From Nitrospirota bacterium (lineage in GTDB: Bacteria; Nitrospirota; UBA9217), in the NCBI GenBank assembly GCA_963663225.1, contig OY760142.1:96001-160000 (forward strand): a stretch of 64,000 nucleotides of DNA. The letters are read 5' to 3'. This document shows, piece by piece, positions 1 to 10,719 of the stretch. The first letter of the stretch is position 1, and every line of letters starts with the position of its first letter. The notes below the pieces were generated by a model, which worked only from the letters and a program-made list of their open reading frames with translations, had not been told where the DNA came from and did not search any database. The translations under genes and the position numbers were made by a program.

Positions 1-43
1 TTACCATGTTGCCATATCCGATGTTGACAAGATTATTCATCAT
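1..43 (-). CDS. remA: DUF370/RemA family protein, 5' part only (runs off the window edge)
   Basis: Reads MMNNLVNIGYGNMV just after the yicC stop, matching the RemA N-terminal L(I/V)NIG(F/Y)GN motif; yicC-remA is a conserved gene order. Not in the ORF track. Confidence 0.75.
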   Translation of the reverse strand, partial: MMNNLVNIGYGNMV

Positions 44-46
44 AGG

Positions 47-934
47 TCATTCAATATTTTGCACTTGTTCCCGTATTTTTTCAAGCTCTGCCTTCATGTT
101 TACAACTTCAAGTGAAATCCGGGCGTTCATTGCTTTTGACGCTATCGTATTAACTTCGCGGTTCATCTCCTGCAACAAAAAATCAAGCTTTTTCCCGATG
201 GATTCGCTTGAAGAGCCGCCCAGGAGAGAACAAAATTGCCGTACATGGCTGTCCAGCCGCGTCAGTTCTTCCGTAATATCAGTCCGTTCAGCCAGTATCG
301 CGACTTCTTGCGCCAATCGTACCGGATCAGGTTGTTCATTCAGCAGTCTGGTCAGCGTTTCCGACATTCTTTTTCGTGCATTTTCGACCGTGGCAGGCGC
401 AAGCTCCTGGACAGTCTTGCTCATCCGGGTGACGGCACCAAGTCGGATATTGATATCTTGCACGAGAACGGAGCCCTCTACAGTGCGCATGGTATCGAGT
501 TCATCAAGGACGTGGGACAGACCGGAGGACAGGACTTTCCAAAGCTCTTCCGCATTCTCGTCCTCGGCAGCAAGCGTAAGCAGATCGCGAAAGCCGGCAA
601 GCATCGTCAGATCCACATCCCCTTTGAGTTTGAATTTTTTCTTGATGTGCTTGAGTGCAGCGATATAGTTCGCCGCCATCTTCTCGTCAATCGCAATCCT
701 GCCGTTTTTTTCGCGGTCCGTACCCGCGGTAATGTATACATCGAACCGTCCGCGGGAGAACCGGTCCTGAACGGTTTTTCTTATACGAGGTTCCAGCATG
801 GCAAGACTGCGGGGTGCTTTTATTTGGATATCGAGGTAGCGGTTGTTGAGCGAACGAACCTCTATTGCGAAGCGACTCTCGCCGCTTTGGACCTCTGTCC
901 GTCCGTATCCTGTCATGCTGCGTATCACTCTCAT
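47..934 (-). CDS. yicC: YicC/YloC family endoribonuclease
   Basis: N-terminal SMTGYG and RSLNNRYLD; C-terminal GKKLDFLLQEMNREVNTIASK and LEKIREQVQNIE. Confidence 0.95.
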   Translation of the reverse strand: MRVIRSMTGYGRTEVQSGESRFAIEVRSLNNRYLDIQIKAPRSLAMLEPRIRKTVQDRFSRGRFDVYITAGTDREKNGRIAIDEKMAANYIAALKHIKKKFKLKGDVDLTMLAGFRDLLTLAAEDENAEELWKVLSSGLSHVLDELDTMRTVEGSVLVQDINIRLGAVTRMSKTVQELAPATVENARKRMSETLTRLLNEQPDPVRLAQEVAILAERTDITEELTRLDSHVRQFCSLLGGSSSESIGKKLDFLLQEMNREVNTIASKAMNARISLEVVNMKAELEKIREQVQNIE

Positions 935-1010
935 TGTTACCCCAATCGGTTCACGACTGTCGATCTCTGCGACAGAGAATCTCTCGGCTCCTGCCGGAGG
1001 GAACTCAGCT

Positions 1011-1041
1011 AGTATATATACTACCCGTCCGTAATTGTCAA
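1011..1041 (-). promoter_or_regulatory. Sigma70-type promoter for yicC
   Basis: TTGACA, then TATATA at 17 nt (or TATACT at 19 nt). Confidence 0.5.
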
Positions 1042-1057
1042 TGAACGGACACGATAA

Positions 1058-1444
1058 TTACACCCGTCCCTTCGTATAATCCTCTTCGGCCACCGGAGCA
1101 AAATAAAAGGTCCTGACATATACGTTAAAAAGAAAATGGACCTCGACTTCCCACATGGCGCTTATTCTCATCGTATGTCGGCTTTCGTCACGTTTGATCG
1201 CAAAGTTTTCTTCCTGAAGAGGCAGGTCAAGCTCTTTCGCTTTTTTGGCAAGGTCGGCCCTGATTTCCTCGTCTTTCAGCACTTGCGCGAGTCGAGCTTT
1301 TACGTTCATCTCGTCCTTCATCCGTTCAGAGTCCATGTACATCGGTATCAGCTTGTATCCTACATGGATGACGACAAATAAAAGCGCCAAAACTATAATT
1401 ACTTTTACTGAACCCGCACCGTTTTGATTCTTAAGCATACGCAT
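1058..1444 (-). CDS. DUF4845 family membrane protein
   Basis: KNQNG followed by a TM helix, then KLIPMY; lies directly after lepB as typical for DUF4845. Start moved to ATG 1444 (CAGGAG SD). Confidence 0.7.
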   Translation of the reverse strand: MRMLKNQNGAGSVKVIIVLALLFVVIHVGYKLIPMYMDSERMKDEMNVKARLAQVLKDEEIRADLAKKAKELDLPLQEENFAIKRDESRHTMRISAMWEVEVHFLFNVYVRTFYFAPVAEEDYTKGRV

Positions 1445-1461
1445 CAGTAACTCCTGTCGGG

Positions 1462-2169
1462 TCATTTGATCAGAGTTCCGATCCGCTCCCATCGAATCCA
1501 GCGGTCCCCTCCATCCCATGACCAGTAAATAATAAGTGCCCGTCCTATGATCTTTTTGTAATTGACAAAGCCCCAGAAGCGGCTGTCCTGACTGTCATCG
1601 CGGTTGTCCCCCATGACAAACACCGATTCTTTCGGAACAAGTACCGGTCCGAAGTCGTACCCTGCCTGGTTTTTGTAGTACTGTATTTCATGCTTCACCG
1701 CTCCCAGCTGCTCTTCCAGGAGTTGGGCCTTGATTTCGTAATACCGGTCACCCATCTGCTTTTTATCGGTATATACTTCCTTTTCAGCGGTATTGACCGG
1801 CTGATCATTGATGAAAAGCCTGCCGTTTTTGATTTCTACTTTATCACCCGGCAGACCGACTACACGCTTGATAAAATCTTTTTTCTCATCCTCCGGATAC
1901 TTGAAAACGATAATTTCGCCGCGTTTCGGTTCCTTCCAGGTAAATATTCTGCTGTCCATAAAAGGAATCCGCGGGCCGTAAATAAACTTGTTTACCAGCA
2001 GATGGTCTCCTATCGTAAGGGTCGGTTTCATGGAGCCCGACGGTATTTTAAACGCCTCGACCCCGAACTGCCTGATGATCAGGGCGATGACCGCCGCAAT
2101 AAGGAATGGTTCGATCCATTCCTTGTAAAAAGTTTTTTTCTTCATGGTTTTTTCTTGATGTTCAGACAT
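1462..2169 (-). CDS. lepB: Signal peptidase I
   Basis: IPSGSMKPTL (catalytic Ser), FIKRVVGLPGD (Lys), MGDNRDDSQDSRFWG. Confidence 0.97.
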   Translation of the reverse strand: MSEHQEKTMKKKTFYKEWIEPFLIAAVIALIIRQFGVEAFKIPSGSMKPTLTIGDHLLVNKFIYGPRIPFMDSRIFTWKEPKRGEIIVFKYPEDEKKDFIKRVVGLPGDKVEIKNGRLFINDQPVNTAEKEVYTDKKQMGDRYYEIKAQLLEEQLGAVKHEIQYYKNQAGYDFGPVLVPKESVFVMGDNRDDSQDSRFWGFVNYKKIIGRALIIYWSWDGGDRWIRWERIGTLIK

Positions 2170-2285
2170 TCTGCCTCCAAAACCGGTGCCTTGTCCGAGC
2201 CGGCATGATAAAGTTCAAACAGGGATGTGTCGTTGCTAATCTGCACCACAGCGTTTTCCTTCCTGATGCAGTATAGCACAAGCGG

Positions 2286-4106
2286 TCATTCTCCTACCTT
2301 CAGAACTGCAAGAAACGCCTCCTGGGGAAGTTCAACGCTGCCCACCTGCTTCATGCGTTTCTTGCCTTCTTTCTGCTTTTCTAGAAGTTTACGTTTTCTC
2401 GTAATATCGCCGCCATAGCATTTTGCCGTTACATTCTTGCGGAGCGCTTTGACGGTTTCGCGTGCAATGACTTTGGCGCCGATCGCTGCCTGAATAACCA
2501 CCTCGTAGAGCTGCCGCGGAATAACCTCTTTGAGCTTTTCCGCAAGCTGCCTTCCTCGTATTGCGGCCTTGTCTCTATGGGTGATAAACGACAAGGCATC
2601 TACCGGTTCCCCGTTCAGCAGCATATCAAGCTTTACGAGATCAGACTCCAGATATCCGGAAAGCTCATAATCAAGCGAAGCATACCCTTTGGTAAGCGAT
2701 TTAAGCCTGTCATAGAAATCCATAACGATCTCATTCAGCGGCAGATCGTAGCTGATAAGCACCCGGTCTTTTGTAATATATGTGATTTCTTTCTGGATTC
2801 CCCGCCGTTCCTGGCACAATGCAATAAGCGGTCCGACGTACGACTCGGGAGTGATGATAGAAGCGGTAATTATCGGTTCCTCGATGTGTTGAATATCCTG
2901 AATCTTGGGCAATTTCGCCGGGTTGTCGACCATAACAATCTGACCGTCATTTGTCGTCACCCGGTATACCACTGTCGGGGCGGTAGGAATCAGCGCGAGT
3001 TTGAATTCACGCTCCAGCCGTTCCTTGACGATATCCATATGAAGCAGACCGAGAAACCCGCAGCGGAACCCGAACCCGAGTGCAAGAGACGTCTCCGGTT
3101 CATACGTAAAAGAGGAATCGTTTAAACGGAGTTTTTCAAGAGCGTCCCGCAGGTCTGCATAGTCATCGCTGATCATAGGATAGATGCCGGCGAAAACCAT
3201 GGGCTTGACGTCCTTGTATCCCGGCAGCGGCGCATCAGCGAGTTGCTCGGAGTCCATAATCGTATCGCCGACTTTGGCGTCTGCAATCCGCTTGATTCCT
3301 GCAATAATGTAGCCTACCTCCCCCTGCGACAACTTTTCCGTCTGTTTTTTCTGAGGAGTGAATATCCCGACGGACTGCACTTCGTATGTGGCCGCATTGG
3401 AGTAAAGTCTGATTTTTTGTCCGGACCGCACCGTCCCGTCCACCACCCGGACAAGAACCACCACTCCCTGATAAGCATCGTACCACGAATCGAACAGAAG
3501 CGCCCGGAGCGGCGCATCAGGTGCTCCGGATGGAGAAGGAATACGCTTCACCACAGCCTCAAGAATGTCGTGCGTTCCGATCCCCTCTTTCGCACTTGCA
3601 GGGATGGCGCCGCTGGAATCCAAACCGACCACATCCTCAATCTGCCGCTTTACCTCTTCTATGTTTGCGCTCGGCAGGTCGATTTTATTAATTACGGGGA
3701 CCATTTCAAGATTATGGTCGATGGCAAGGTAGGCATTGGCTAGAGTCTGCGCCTCCACGCCCTGCGATGCATCAACGACGAGGAGCGCGCCTTCACATGC
3801 GGCCATGCTGCGGGACACTTCGTAGGTAAAATCAACATGGCCCGGCGTATCAATCAGATTCAGAATATACTCCTGCCCGTCTGATGCGATGTATCGGAGA
3901 CTCACGGCGTGGGCCTTGATGGTAATACCCCGCTCCCGTTCCAGATCCATGTCATCGAGCACCTGATCTCCGCCGGCAGCTGCCATCTCGCGGTCTGAAA
4001 GCGCGCCGGTATACTCCAAAATTCTGTCGGCAAGAGTCGACTTTCCGTGATCAATATGGGCAATAATGCAAAAGTTTCTGATGTTCCGGCTTGACATAAG
4101 TCCCAA
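2286..4106 (-). CDS. lepA: Translation elongation factor 4 (LepA)
   Basis: [53 protein letters not shown]. Confidence 0.99.
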   Translation of the reverse strand: MGLMSSRNIRNFCIIAHIDHGKSTLADRILEYTGALSDREMAAAGGDQVLDDMDLERERGITIKAHAVSLRYIASDGQEYILNLIDTPGHVDFTYEVSRSMAACEGALLVVDASQGVEAQTLANAYLAIDHNLEMVPVINKIDLPSANIEEVKRQIEDVVGLDSSGAIPASAKEGIGTHDILEAVVKRIPSPSGAPDAPLRALLFDSWYDAYQGVVVLVRVVDGTVRSGQKIRLYSNAATYEVQSVGIFTPQKKQTEKLSQGEVGYIIAGIKRIADAKVGDTIMDSEQLADAPLPGYKDVKPMVFAGIYPMISDDYADLRDALEKLRLNDSSFTYEPETSLALGFGFRCGFLGLLHMDIVKERLEREFKLALIPTAPTVVYRVTTNDGQIVMVDNPAKLPKIQDIQHIEEPIITASIITPESYVGPLIALCQERRGIQKEITYITKDRVLISYDLPLNEIVMDFYDRLKSLTKGYASLDYELSGYLESDLVKLDMLLNGEPVDALSFITHRDKAAIRGRQLAEKLKEVIPRQLYEVVIQAAIGAKVIARETVKALRKNVTAKCYGGDITRKRKLLEKQKEGKKRMKQVGSVELPQEAFLAVLKVGE

Positions 4107-4191
4107 GATTCTCCGATACAGACGGCAGGCTCAGCATAAAAAATTATTGCCGATCAGCAGCCGTAAAAAATAGTGCGGCCATGTTTTAGAA

Positions 4192-5151
4192 TTATACGGT
4201 TTTCCACCCGCCCGCACTCTGAAGAGCTGCTGCGGCCGCTCCGACCATTCCAGCCTCATCTCCGAGCAAGGAAGGCACAATCTGGACCCTCTGAGCAGGC
4301 GTCAAAAAAGCCCGCCGCAGGACTTCTTCGTGGACAGAATCGATAAACAACGGCCAGGCATCCTTGATTCTGCCGCCCAGCACAATCATTTCAGGATTGA
4401 AAATATTGATCAGACTTGCCAGAGCAATACCGAGCATACGCCCCGCTTCTTTCATGACACGCCGGGCAGTCTGATCTCCTGCCTGAGCAATCAAATAAAC
4501 TTTTTCCGAGGTCATGGTATGCAAATCGTCCGCTGAAACCGACCCGCCTGCCGCCTCCCGGTAGCTCTGCACAATCCCGCGGGCCGACGCATACATTTCC
4601 AGGCATCCATTATTGCCGCATGAGCACAGCCTGCCGTTTGGAATCAGGGTAAGATGACCGATTTCGCCTGCCATCCCGTCTGCACCGTGCCAAATTTTTT
4701 TGTTTAAAACAATCCCGCCGCCCACACCGGTTCCGAGCGTAAGTAGTATCATGCTGTCAATGCCTTTGGCAGCACCCCGCCATTGCTCACCCAATGCCGC
4801 TGCGTTTGCGTCGTTTTCGATAAAAACAGGGAGATTAAGCCTGTGCTCCAATTTTTCCTTAAGCGGAAGATTATTCCAGTCGGGGAAATTGGGAGATTTT
4901 ACTACAACACCGGTATTCATTTGAATGACGCCGGGAGCGCCAACACCAACCACCTGGACAGTCATTCCTCGTGTTGCCGCTGCTTCTTGCTGCCGCGCAA
5001 TATTAGTTGCAATCCGATGTAAAACTTTTTCCCATCCCTCGGATGCATGAGTCGTCTCCTTGTGACACTCAAGGATATCGCCATCTGTGGTCAAAAGCGC
5101 CGTCCTTAAATTCGTACCGCCAAGGTCTACGCCAATAACTGCACGGGCCAC
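4192..5151 (-). CDS. ROK family sugar kinase (glucokinase-like)
   Basis: GVDLGGT, ENDANAAALGE, GTGVGGG, GEIGH, CSCGNNGCLE; no N-terminal HTH. Confidence 0.9.
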   Translation of the reverse strand: MARAVIGVDLGGTNLRTALLTTDGDILECHKETTHASEGWEKVLHRIATNIARQQEAAATRGMTVQVVGVGAPGVIQMNTGVVVKSPNFPDWNNLPLKEKLEHRLNLPVFIENDANAAALGEQWRGAAKGIDSMILLTLGTGVGGGIVLNKKIWHGADGMAGEIGHLTLIPNGRLCSCGNNGCLEMYASARGIVQSYREAAGGSVSADDLHTMTSEKVYLIAQAGDQTARRVMKEAGRMLGIALASLINIFNPEMIVLGGRIKDAWPLFIDSVHEEVLRRAFLTPAQRVQIVPSLLGDEAGMVGAAAAALQSAGGWKTV

Positions 5152-5258
5152 CCCAAGCCTCCATAACTATTTAAAAAAATGAAATATTCTAAAAGATTTA
5201 TATAATAACATACCCGCGATTGATTGTAAATAATATTAATGTCCTTATCAGAAGACAA

Positions 5259-5666
5259 TCAGACGGTTGCTATAAGATAATACCAATTTAAGAGCACAAG
5301 CAACGGAACGCAAATTTTCAAAATATTTTTTGTCCTGGTTCTCAAGTGAACGTTCAATCCGGGGATATGCAGCATAATCGTGAAAATGCTGTACAGAAAA
5401 AACAGAACTGCAATTATTAAACAGAATGCAATCAAGGGATTGGATGCAATGGAAAGGAAAACGCTCCCTTGGGAAAGATACGTAATTGAACGAGAAGCGC
5501 CGCAGGCAGGGCAAGGCAGGCCCATGCAGTCATGGAGCGGACAGGAAGGCAAAAAATCCAGAAACGGGAAAAATCGGGCAACACAAAGGGCAAGAAGTGC
5601 TGTTCCACCGAACACAATGCCGAAGTCTCTTTGATCCTTGTTGCGTTGTCTCAAAAAAAGCCGCAT
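5259..5666 (-). CDS. DUF2752 family membrane protein
   Basis: CPLHDCMGLPCPACGASRS and NP motifs, TM helices, ends LNWYYL. Confidence 0.75.
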   Translation of the reverse strand: MRLFLRQRNKDQRDFGIVFGGTALLALCVARFFPFLDFLPSCPLHDCMGLPCPACGASRSITYLSQGSVFLSIASNPLIAFCLIIAVLFFLYSIFTIMLHIPGLNVHLRTRTKNILKICVPLLVLLNWYYLIATV

Positions 5667-5682
5667 GCAGCAGTTCAGGTCC

Positions 5683-6447
5683 TCATTTATACATCTGCAT
5701 CATAGAACCGAATGAAGCAATAAGCGCCCCCATAAATAATACCATAATCATAACGAACAGACCAACGAAGCAGATAAGGGGGAAAAAAACAGCAAAAGCG
5801 GCCTTCCCGCCGCTGATTTCATGCGCCTCCCTCAAACCGATAATGGTAAGCACAACGGCCCATATGCCTGCGATGAAACTGCCGCAAAAAGGAATCAAAA
5901 ATATGACATCCACGCTGCAGCTATAGGCAACCACTCTGAACGTGGCCTCGAAACCGGCGCGCGCGCCTTTGACCAGCATGAGAAAAACATGCAGAATGCC
6001 GGAAAAAATAAAAAGACCCCCAATGATAAAAAACGGGGTAAAAAAAGCCTTCAAAAAAACACTGCTGTCTTGAAAGGGCTGCTGCCCTGCCGACGACATG
6101 ATTCCGGGCGGCATATAATCCTGCACCATCCCTTTGAATAAAATCTGCCAGAAATAAAGAGACATCGCGCCGACCATCCCGATTATCAGCGCAAACAGCA
6201 AAGGATTGGTCAGTCCTCCTGTCACGGGCATCTTGCGAAAAAACTCGACCGGAGTAAACAGCGCTCCTTTAATCGTCGCAAGCATTCCGGAGAAAAACCC
6301 GGCGGTTTCACGGTCTTCCCAAGGGGTCTTTGTTCTGCCCCCTGTGGATGGCAGCGGCCCGGAATCGGGCTGGGCAAGGCTCATGCCGCAATATTGACAA
6401 AATCCATGCCCTTCACCTATTTCTTTTCCACAGTGTGGACAAAACAT
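5683..6447 (-). CDS. Zinc-ribbon plus Yip1-domain membrane protein
   Basis: MFCPHCG...FCQYCG double ribbon, PWE motif, P.EFFR, FEATFRVVAYS, about five TM helices. Confidence 0.75.
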   Translation of the reverse strand: MFCPHCGKEIGEGHGFCQYCGMSLAQPDSGPLPSTGGRTKTPWEDRETAGFFSGMLATIKGALFTPVEFFRKMPVTGGLTNPLLFALIIGMVGAMSLYFWQILFKGMVQDYMPPGIMSSAGQQPFQDSSVFLKAFFTPFFIIGGLFIFSGILHVFLMLVKGARAGFEATFRVVAYSCSVDVIFLIPFCGSFIAGIWAVVLTIIGLREAHEISGGKAAFAVFFPLICFVGLFVMIMVLFMGALIASFGSMMQMYK

Positions 6448-6480
6448 GCAACCTCCCTAGAACAATCCATCTATTTTTCT

Positions 6481-7806
6481 TTATCGTGCCGGAAGAGCAA
6501 GTCGAAAGCCTATTGTCTGGTCGGCTCTCCGATTGGATTTTTTCTCCCGCTTTGTTGTTCGGACATCCTTCGCACGGTCTTTGAATGAGCCACCACGGTA
6601 TACACGGTCACCGCGTCCTGAACCAACAGGGTTCATTCTCGGGCTTTCCTTGTAATATCCGCTGTCATATACGTCGGCAACCCATTCTGCCACGTTCCCC
6701 GTCATATCATACAGCCCATAGGAATTTGGCCGTTTCTGACCGACCGGCCGGTGGTCTCTGCTCGAATTATCATTATACCAGGCAAAATTTCCGAGATCAG
6801 ATTCGTTGTTCGTACCCGCCCATTTGTATTTTCTTCCACCGCTCCGGGCCGCATACTCCCACTCTGCTTCGGTAGGCAGCCGATAATTTCTGCCTGTTTT
6901 CTGGTTTAGTTCTTTTATGAAATCTTCCACGTCATTCCAACTCACATCTTCTACGGGATCCGTGTCGCTATTTTTGTTCTTGGAAGGATTTTTTCCTTTC
7001 AGAGCTTTCCACTGTCCCTGAGTCACTTCGTATCTTCCCAGATAAAAATTACTCATACAGACTTCATGCACAGGCCGTTCTTCACGGTCTCCCTCTTCAT
7101 CCCCCATCTGAAAGCAACCACCTTTGATCAGAACAAATTCCATTCCGGTAACCGGATCTTTATACGTAACACCCGATGGTGGTGCGATATAAACCGGTTC
7201 CTGGGGAAGCGGCTCAACCCGCTCCGGCAAAGGCTCCGGCGCTGGTTTTGGGGCAGGTTTCGGAGCAGGAGCAGGTTCAGCCATGGGCATTTCTGCAGGA
7301 GCAGGACCCACCGTTATCAACTTATTCGCAACCCGTTTTGTTGATTCTATCAATTCATCAAGCTCGCATTTACAGGTATCTTCTTCGACCCGCTCAGTTT
7401 CTCCGGATTCAATGTTTACCAAAGAGAGTGAAATAAAATACGTTTTGCCGACGATACCGATGGAACCTATGATGATTTTTCCGACACCGAGAAACTGGCC
7501 GGCCTCTACCGCGCGCTCTTTCACAACACTGCCGGTCATTTGAAACGCCTGTTCTTTCAGTATTCTGTCCATATTCGCCCGGTCCATCACTTTGAACCTG
7601 CCTGATTTGACGATCACATTTCGGACACTGTCAGAAAGGGGCCGGGAAATATCATGATCAAGTTTCCCGACAATGTCGAAATCGAAAATGGCAACGTAAT
7701 TCGAAAGATTTTTCTGTGGTTTGCCGGGCTTTACAGACTTTTGCGCTGCAAGCGGATCTGACGCCATAAGGAAAAGAAGAGATAACGCTATCAAAAAAGA
7801 GCGCAT
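6481..7806 (-). CDS. Exported protein: CsgG/TolB-N-like domain, Pro-rich linker, FGE-sulfatase (SUMF1-like) domain
   Basis: Signal peptide; GRFKVMDR..MDRILKEQ; PAPAPKPAPKP linker; YEVTQGQW, RLPTEAEWEYAAR, GLYDMTGNVAEW, GFRL. Start moved to ATG 7806 (GGGAGG SD). Confidence 0.85.
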   Translation of the reverse strand: MRSFLIALSLLFLMASDPLAAQKSVKPGKPQKNLSNYVAIFDFDIVGKLDHDISRPLSDSVRNVIVKSGRFKVMDRANMDRILKEQAFQMTGSVVKERAVEAGQFLGVGKIIIGSIGIVGKTYFISLSLVNIESGETERVEEDTCKCELDELIESTKRVANKLITVGPAPAEMPMAEPAPAPKPAPKPAPEPLPERVEPLPQEPVYIAPPSGVTYKDPVTGMEFVLIKGGCFQMGDEEGDREERPVHEVCMSNFYLGRYEVTQGQWKALKGKNPSKNKNSDTDPVEDVSWNDVEDFIKELNQKTGRNYRLPTEAEWEYAARSGGRKYKWAGTNNESDLGNFAWYNDNSSRDHRPVGQKRPNSYGLYDMTGNVAEWVADVYDSGYYKESPRMNPVGSGRGDRVYRGGSFKDRAKDVRTTKREKKSNRRADQTIGFRLALPAR

Positions 7807-7878
7807 GGTACCTCCCTGCTCAGCAGGCACATGTAATAAAAATGTGAAAACAAAACCATAAAACTATGATATGACAGA

Positions 7879-7907
7879 ATTTTATACTATCTCCGCAGGG
7901 TTGTCAA
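7879..7907 (-). promoter_or_regulatory. Sigma70-type promoter for the FGE/Yip1/DUF2752 cluster
   Basis: TTGACA-17 nt-TAAAAT. Confidence 0.6.
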
Positions 7908-8020
7908 CACTAGGGAAACAGCGTGATAGATGAGTGAAATTTGTTCAGCTGTTTGCTTCTTATGGATGGAAAAGTTTTCAATTTCAAGATTATATTTATA
8001 CGCCGGCGTCTTTCATCACG

Positions 8021-8515
8021 TTACGAGACGCCGCATTCGGATGTATCTCCCTTAATTTTTTCAACAATATGGGGCATCGCAGCAAGAATGACTTCAAGAT
8101 TTTCAGCGGCAGCCCGAGGGCTTCCAGGGAGGTTTACGATAAGAGTTTTATTTCTGATGCCGGCAACAGCACGTGATATCATGGCATGGGGCGTTTTTTT
8201 TAAACTTTCCATGCGCATAGCTTCAGCCATTCCGGGGATATCACGGTCGATAACAGCCCGTGTGGCCTCAGGCGTTACATCACGGGGAGCAACACCTGTG
8301 CCGCCCGTAGTCAGAATGATGTCGATCTCGCCGGAATCCGCGAGACGCTTCAGTGCCTCAATGATCCGAAGCTGCTCGTCGGGAAGCACTTCATAATGCA
8401 CGATGGTAGCACCGATACGGGCCATCATGTCCTGAATTCTTTTTCCGCTCACATCCTCTCTCTTTCCGGCAGCCCCCTTGTCACTCAAGGTTATTATCGC
8501 AGTTCGCATGCTCAT
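8021..8515 (-). CDS. mog: Molybdopterin adenylyltransferase (MogA/MoaB family)
   Basis: ITLSDK, REDVSG, LTTGGTGVAPRDVTPEAT, NLPGSP; exact start uncertain. Confidence 0.9.
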   Translation of the reverse strand: MSMRTAIITLSDKGAAGKREDVSGKRIQDMMARIGATIVHYEVLPDEQLRIIEALKRLADSGEIDIILTTGGTGVAPRDVTPEATRAVIDRDIPGMAEAMRMESLKKTPHAMISRAVAGIRNKTLIVNLPGSPRAAAENLEVILAAMPHIVEKIKGDTSECGVS

Positions 8516-8584
8516 ATTGTGCAGACCTCTGTTCGTATTTATCCTGTTTTGTAAAACTGCGGTATACACACCGCAAAAACCCGT

Positions 8585-10003
8585 TTATGCCACAACACCG
8601 CCTACCGTAATCTCCGGAATTCTGATCGTCGGTTGTGCATCGCTCACCGGTGCTCCCTGCCCGTCCTTTCCGCATGTGCCGATAGAAAAACCAAGATCTG
8701 AACCGACCAGATCAATCGACATGAGCACCTGGGGGCCGTTTCCTATAAGAGTGGCGCCCCGAACTGGTTCTCCGATGACTCCGTTCTCGATCAAATAACC
8801 TTCGCTCACTTCGAAAACAAAATCACCATTCACCGTGTTTACCTGTCCACCGCCCATTTTTTTGACATAAAGCCCGTTCGGTGTTGATCTCACAATTTCC
8901 GCGGGGTCTGAGTCGCCGGGAAGAATCATAGTATTCGTCATTCTCGGAATCGGGCGGTGTTTGTATGATTCCCGCCTGCCATTGCCGGTGGAACAGACGC
9001 CGTCTTTCGCCGCAGTCAGACGGTCATAAAGATACGTTTTGAGAATACCCTTATCGACCAGGAGCGTACGCTCTGCATCAACTCCTTCATCATCGAACCG
9101 GAATGAACCGCGTTTTCCTTCAAGCGTGGCATCATCCACCACGGAGACGAGAGGAGACGCGATACAATCGCCAAGTCTGTTCGAATAGACCGACAAGCCG
9201 GATTGGGCCAGATCTGCTTCGAGTCCGTGTCCGACAGCTTCATGGATCATGGTCCCGCCGGCATCCGAAGAGAGGACCACAGGCATCTTGCCGGCAGGCG
9301 GTTTTCGGGCCGACAGCATCATCACGGCGCGCCGGGCGGCCGTTTCAGCTGTTTGCTCCAAAGGGCAGGCATCGAACAGTTCCATGCCGGTAATGCCGCC
9401 TATGGATTCGTACCCCGTCTGGACGATATCTTCCTGCGCAGCAACAACATGGACTAGCGCGGTAAGATACGTGCAGTCATCTTCAGTAATAAAACCGTCC
9501 GAGTTTGCAATGAGAACCTGCCGATGATGCTGTCGATAGAGCACCTGCACCTGCCTGATGCGCTTGTCGAATGCGCGCGCCACCTTGTTTGCGTCAAGCA
9601 CCAAGACAACTTTCTCGGTTGTTGAAACGTTTTCGGGGTCTTTTGCGATAGTAAAATTAATGCGTGGACTCTTGGTGCGAAGATCAAGAGGAGAATACCG
9701 TGCATCCCCCGCCATGGCCTGCCGCACCGAGTCAGCAAGTTCCAGAAGGGATTCTGTCGTTATTTCGTTCGTGTAGGCATACACGGTCCGGTGCCCGTAA
9801 AGAAGCCGAAGTCCTGCCCCCTGGTCGATCCCCGAAAGGATCTTTTCAATCTTGTTGTCTTCACACACAAGAGAGAATGGCTGGTTGCGTTCTATGAAAA
9901 TATCTGCGAAATCGCCGCCGTTACTCAGTACTTTTTTTAAAACAGCGGAGAAGTCTATGTGAAGGTCCAAAATTTCTCTCTCTTTTCCTGGTCCCGACAG
10001 CAA
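8585..10003 (-). CDS. tldD: TldD metalloprotease
   Basis: HEAVGHGLEAD, GNGRRESY...PRMTNT, GTCGKDGQGAPVSDAQP; true start probably slightly downstream. Confidence 0.93.
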   Translation of the reverse strand: MLSGPGKEREILDLHIDFSAVLKKVLSNGGDFADIFIERNQPFSLVCEDNKIEKILSGIDQGAGLRLLYGHRTVYAYTNEITTESLLELADSVRQAMAGDARYSPLDLRTKSPRINFTIAKDPENVSTTEKVVLVLDANKVARAFDKRIRQVQVLYRQHHRQVLIANSDGFITEDDCTYLTALVHVVAAQEDIVQTGYESIGGITGMELFDACPLEQTAETAARRAVMMLSARKPPAGKMPVVLSSDAGGTMIHEAVGHGLEADLAQSGLSVYSNRLGDCIASPLVSVVDDATLEGKRGSFRFDDEGVDAERTLLVDKGILKTYLYDRLTAAKDGVCSTGNGRRESYKHRPIPRMTNTMILPGDSDPAEIVRSTPNGLYVKKMGGGQVNTVNGDFVFEVSEGYLIENGVIGEPVRGATLIGNGPQVLMSIDLVGSDLGFSIGTCGKDGQGAPVSDAQPTIRIPEITVGGVVA

Positions 10004-10215
10004 AATATCCTGCTGTCGTGGCCATATCCATTCAGCCTCTTACGGCTTCATTGCGCTTATTGTATCATGTTTGGCGATCAATACCAATGGAAAGCAATAG
10101 AAAACAACCGGTACGCATTTTTATAAGAAACAGCTGGAGCATTTGAATATTTTTGGGACTCCCATTCATTCAAGAATGACTGGGAGAAACTGGAGCAACA
10201 ATGTTACCTTCCGAC

Positions 10216-10244
10216 TTGACAAAAGAATAAAATAAGGATACTTT
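10216..10244 (+). promoter_or_regulatory. Sigma70-type promoter for the response regulator
   Basis: TTGACA-17 nt-TACTTT. Confidence 0.45.
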
Positions 10245-10292
10245 CTAACACATCGCAGCTTACATAAAAATTTTCCTACATATACCAAACTC

Positions 10293-10661
10293 ATGAAACA
10301 GAAAAAAATTTTACTCGTAGATGATAATGAAAACATTCGGGATGCGCTTATCCCTCTCCTTGAACGGGAAGGATTTAAAATTTCTATAGCCGCAGACGGC
10401 ATCGAAGCGCTCAGGGAAGCCAGGGAAACACTGCCGGACATCCTTTTGCTGGATATTATGATCCCGAAAATCGACGGTTATGACGTCTGCCGCATCATCA
10501 AGAACGATCCGGCGTTGAAAAAAATACGCATCATCATGTTGACCGCAAAGGGCCAGGCACATGAGCAGGAACGAGGCAAGGAAGTCGGTGCAGATGCCTA
10601 TATTGTGAAGCCATTCAGTCCGCTTGAGGTCTTGTCCAACATCAAAAAAATTATTTTCTGA
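10293..10661 (+). CDS. Single-domain response regulator (receiver only)
   Basis: ILLVDD, LLDIMIP (phospho-Asp), LTAK, KPF. Confidence 0.92.
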   Translation: MKQKKILLVDDNENIRDALIPLLEREGFKISIAADGIEALREARETLPDILLLDIMIPKIDGYDVCRIIKNDPALKKIRIIMLTAKGQAHEQERGKEVGADAYIVKPFSPLEVLSNIKKIIF

Positions 10662-10719
10662 TGCGCCGGACGATCCTGTGGTCAAACAGGACTTAACCTG
10701 CTCCGTTTTTGTCGTCCGT

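Noticed and set aside
6481-6620. FGE/C-type-lectin-fold C-terminus as a diversity-generating retroelement target
   Set aside because: I saw no template repeat of this region and no reverse transcriptase in the window; a remote DGR cannot be excluded
7200-7305. Short repeats (gcaggagcagg, ggtttcgg)
   Set aside because: Explained by the Pro/Ala/Lys-rich protein linker
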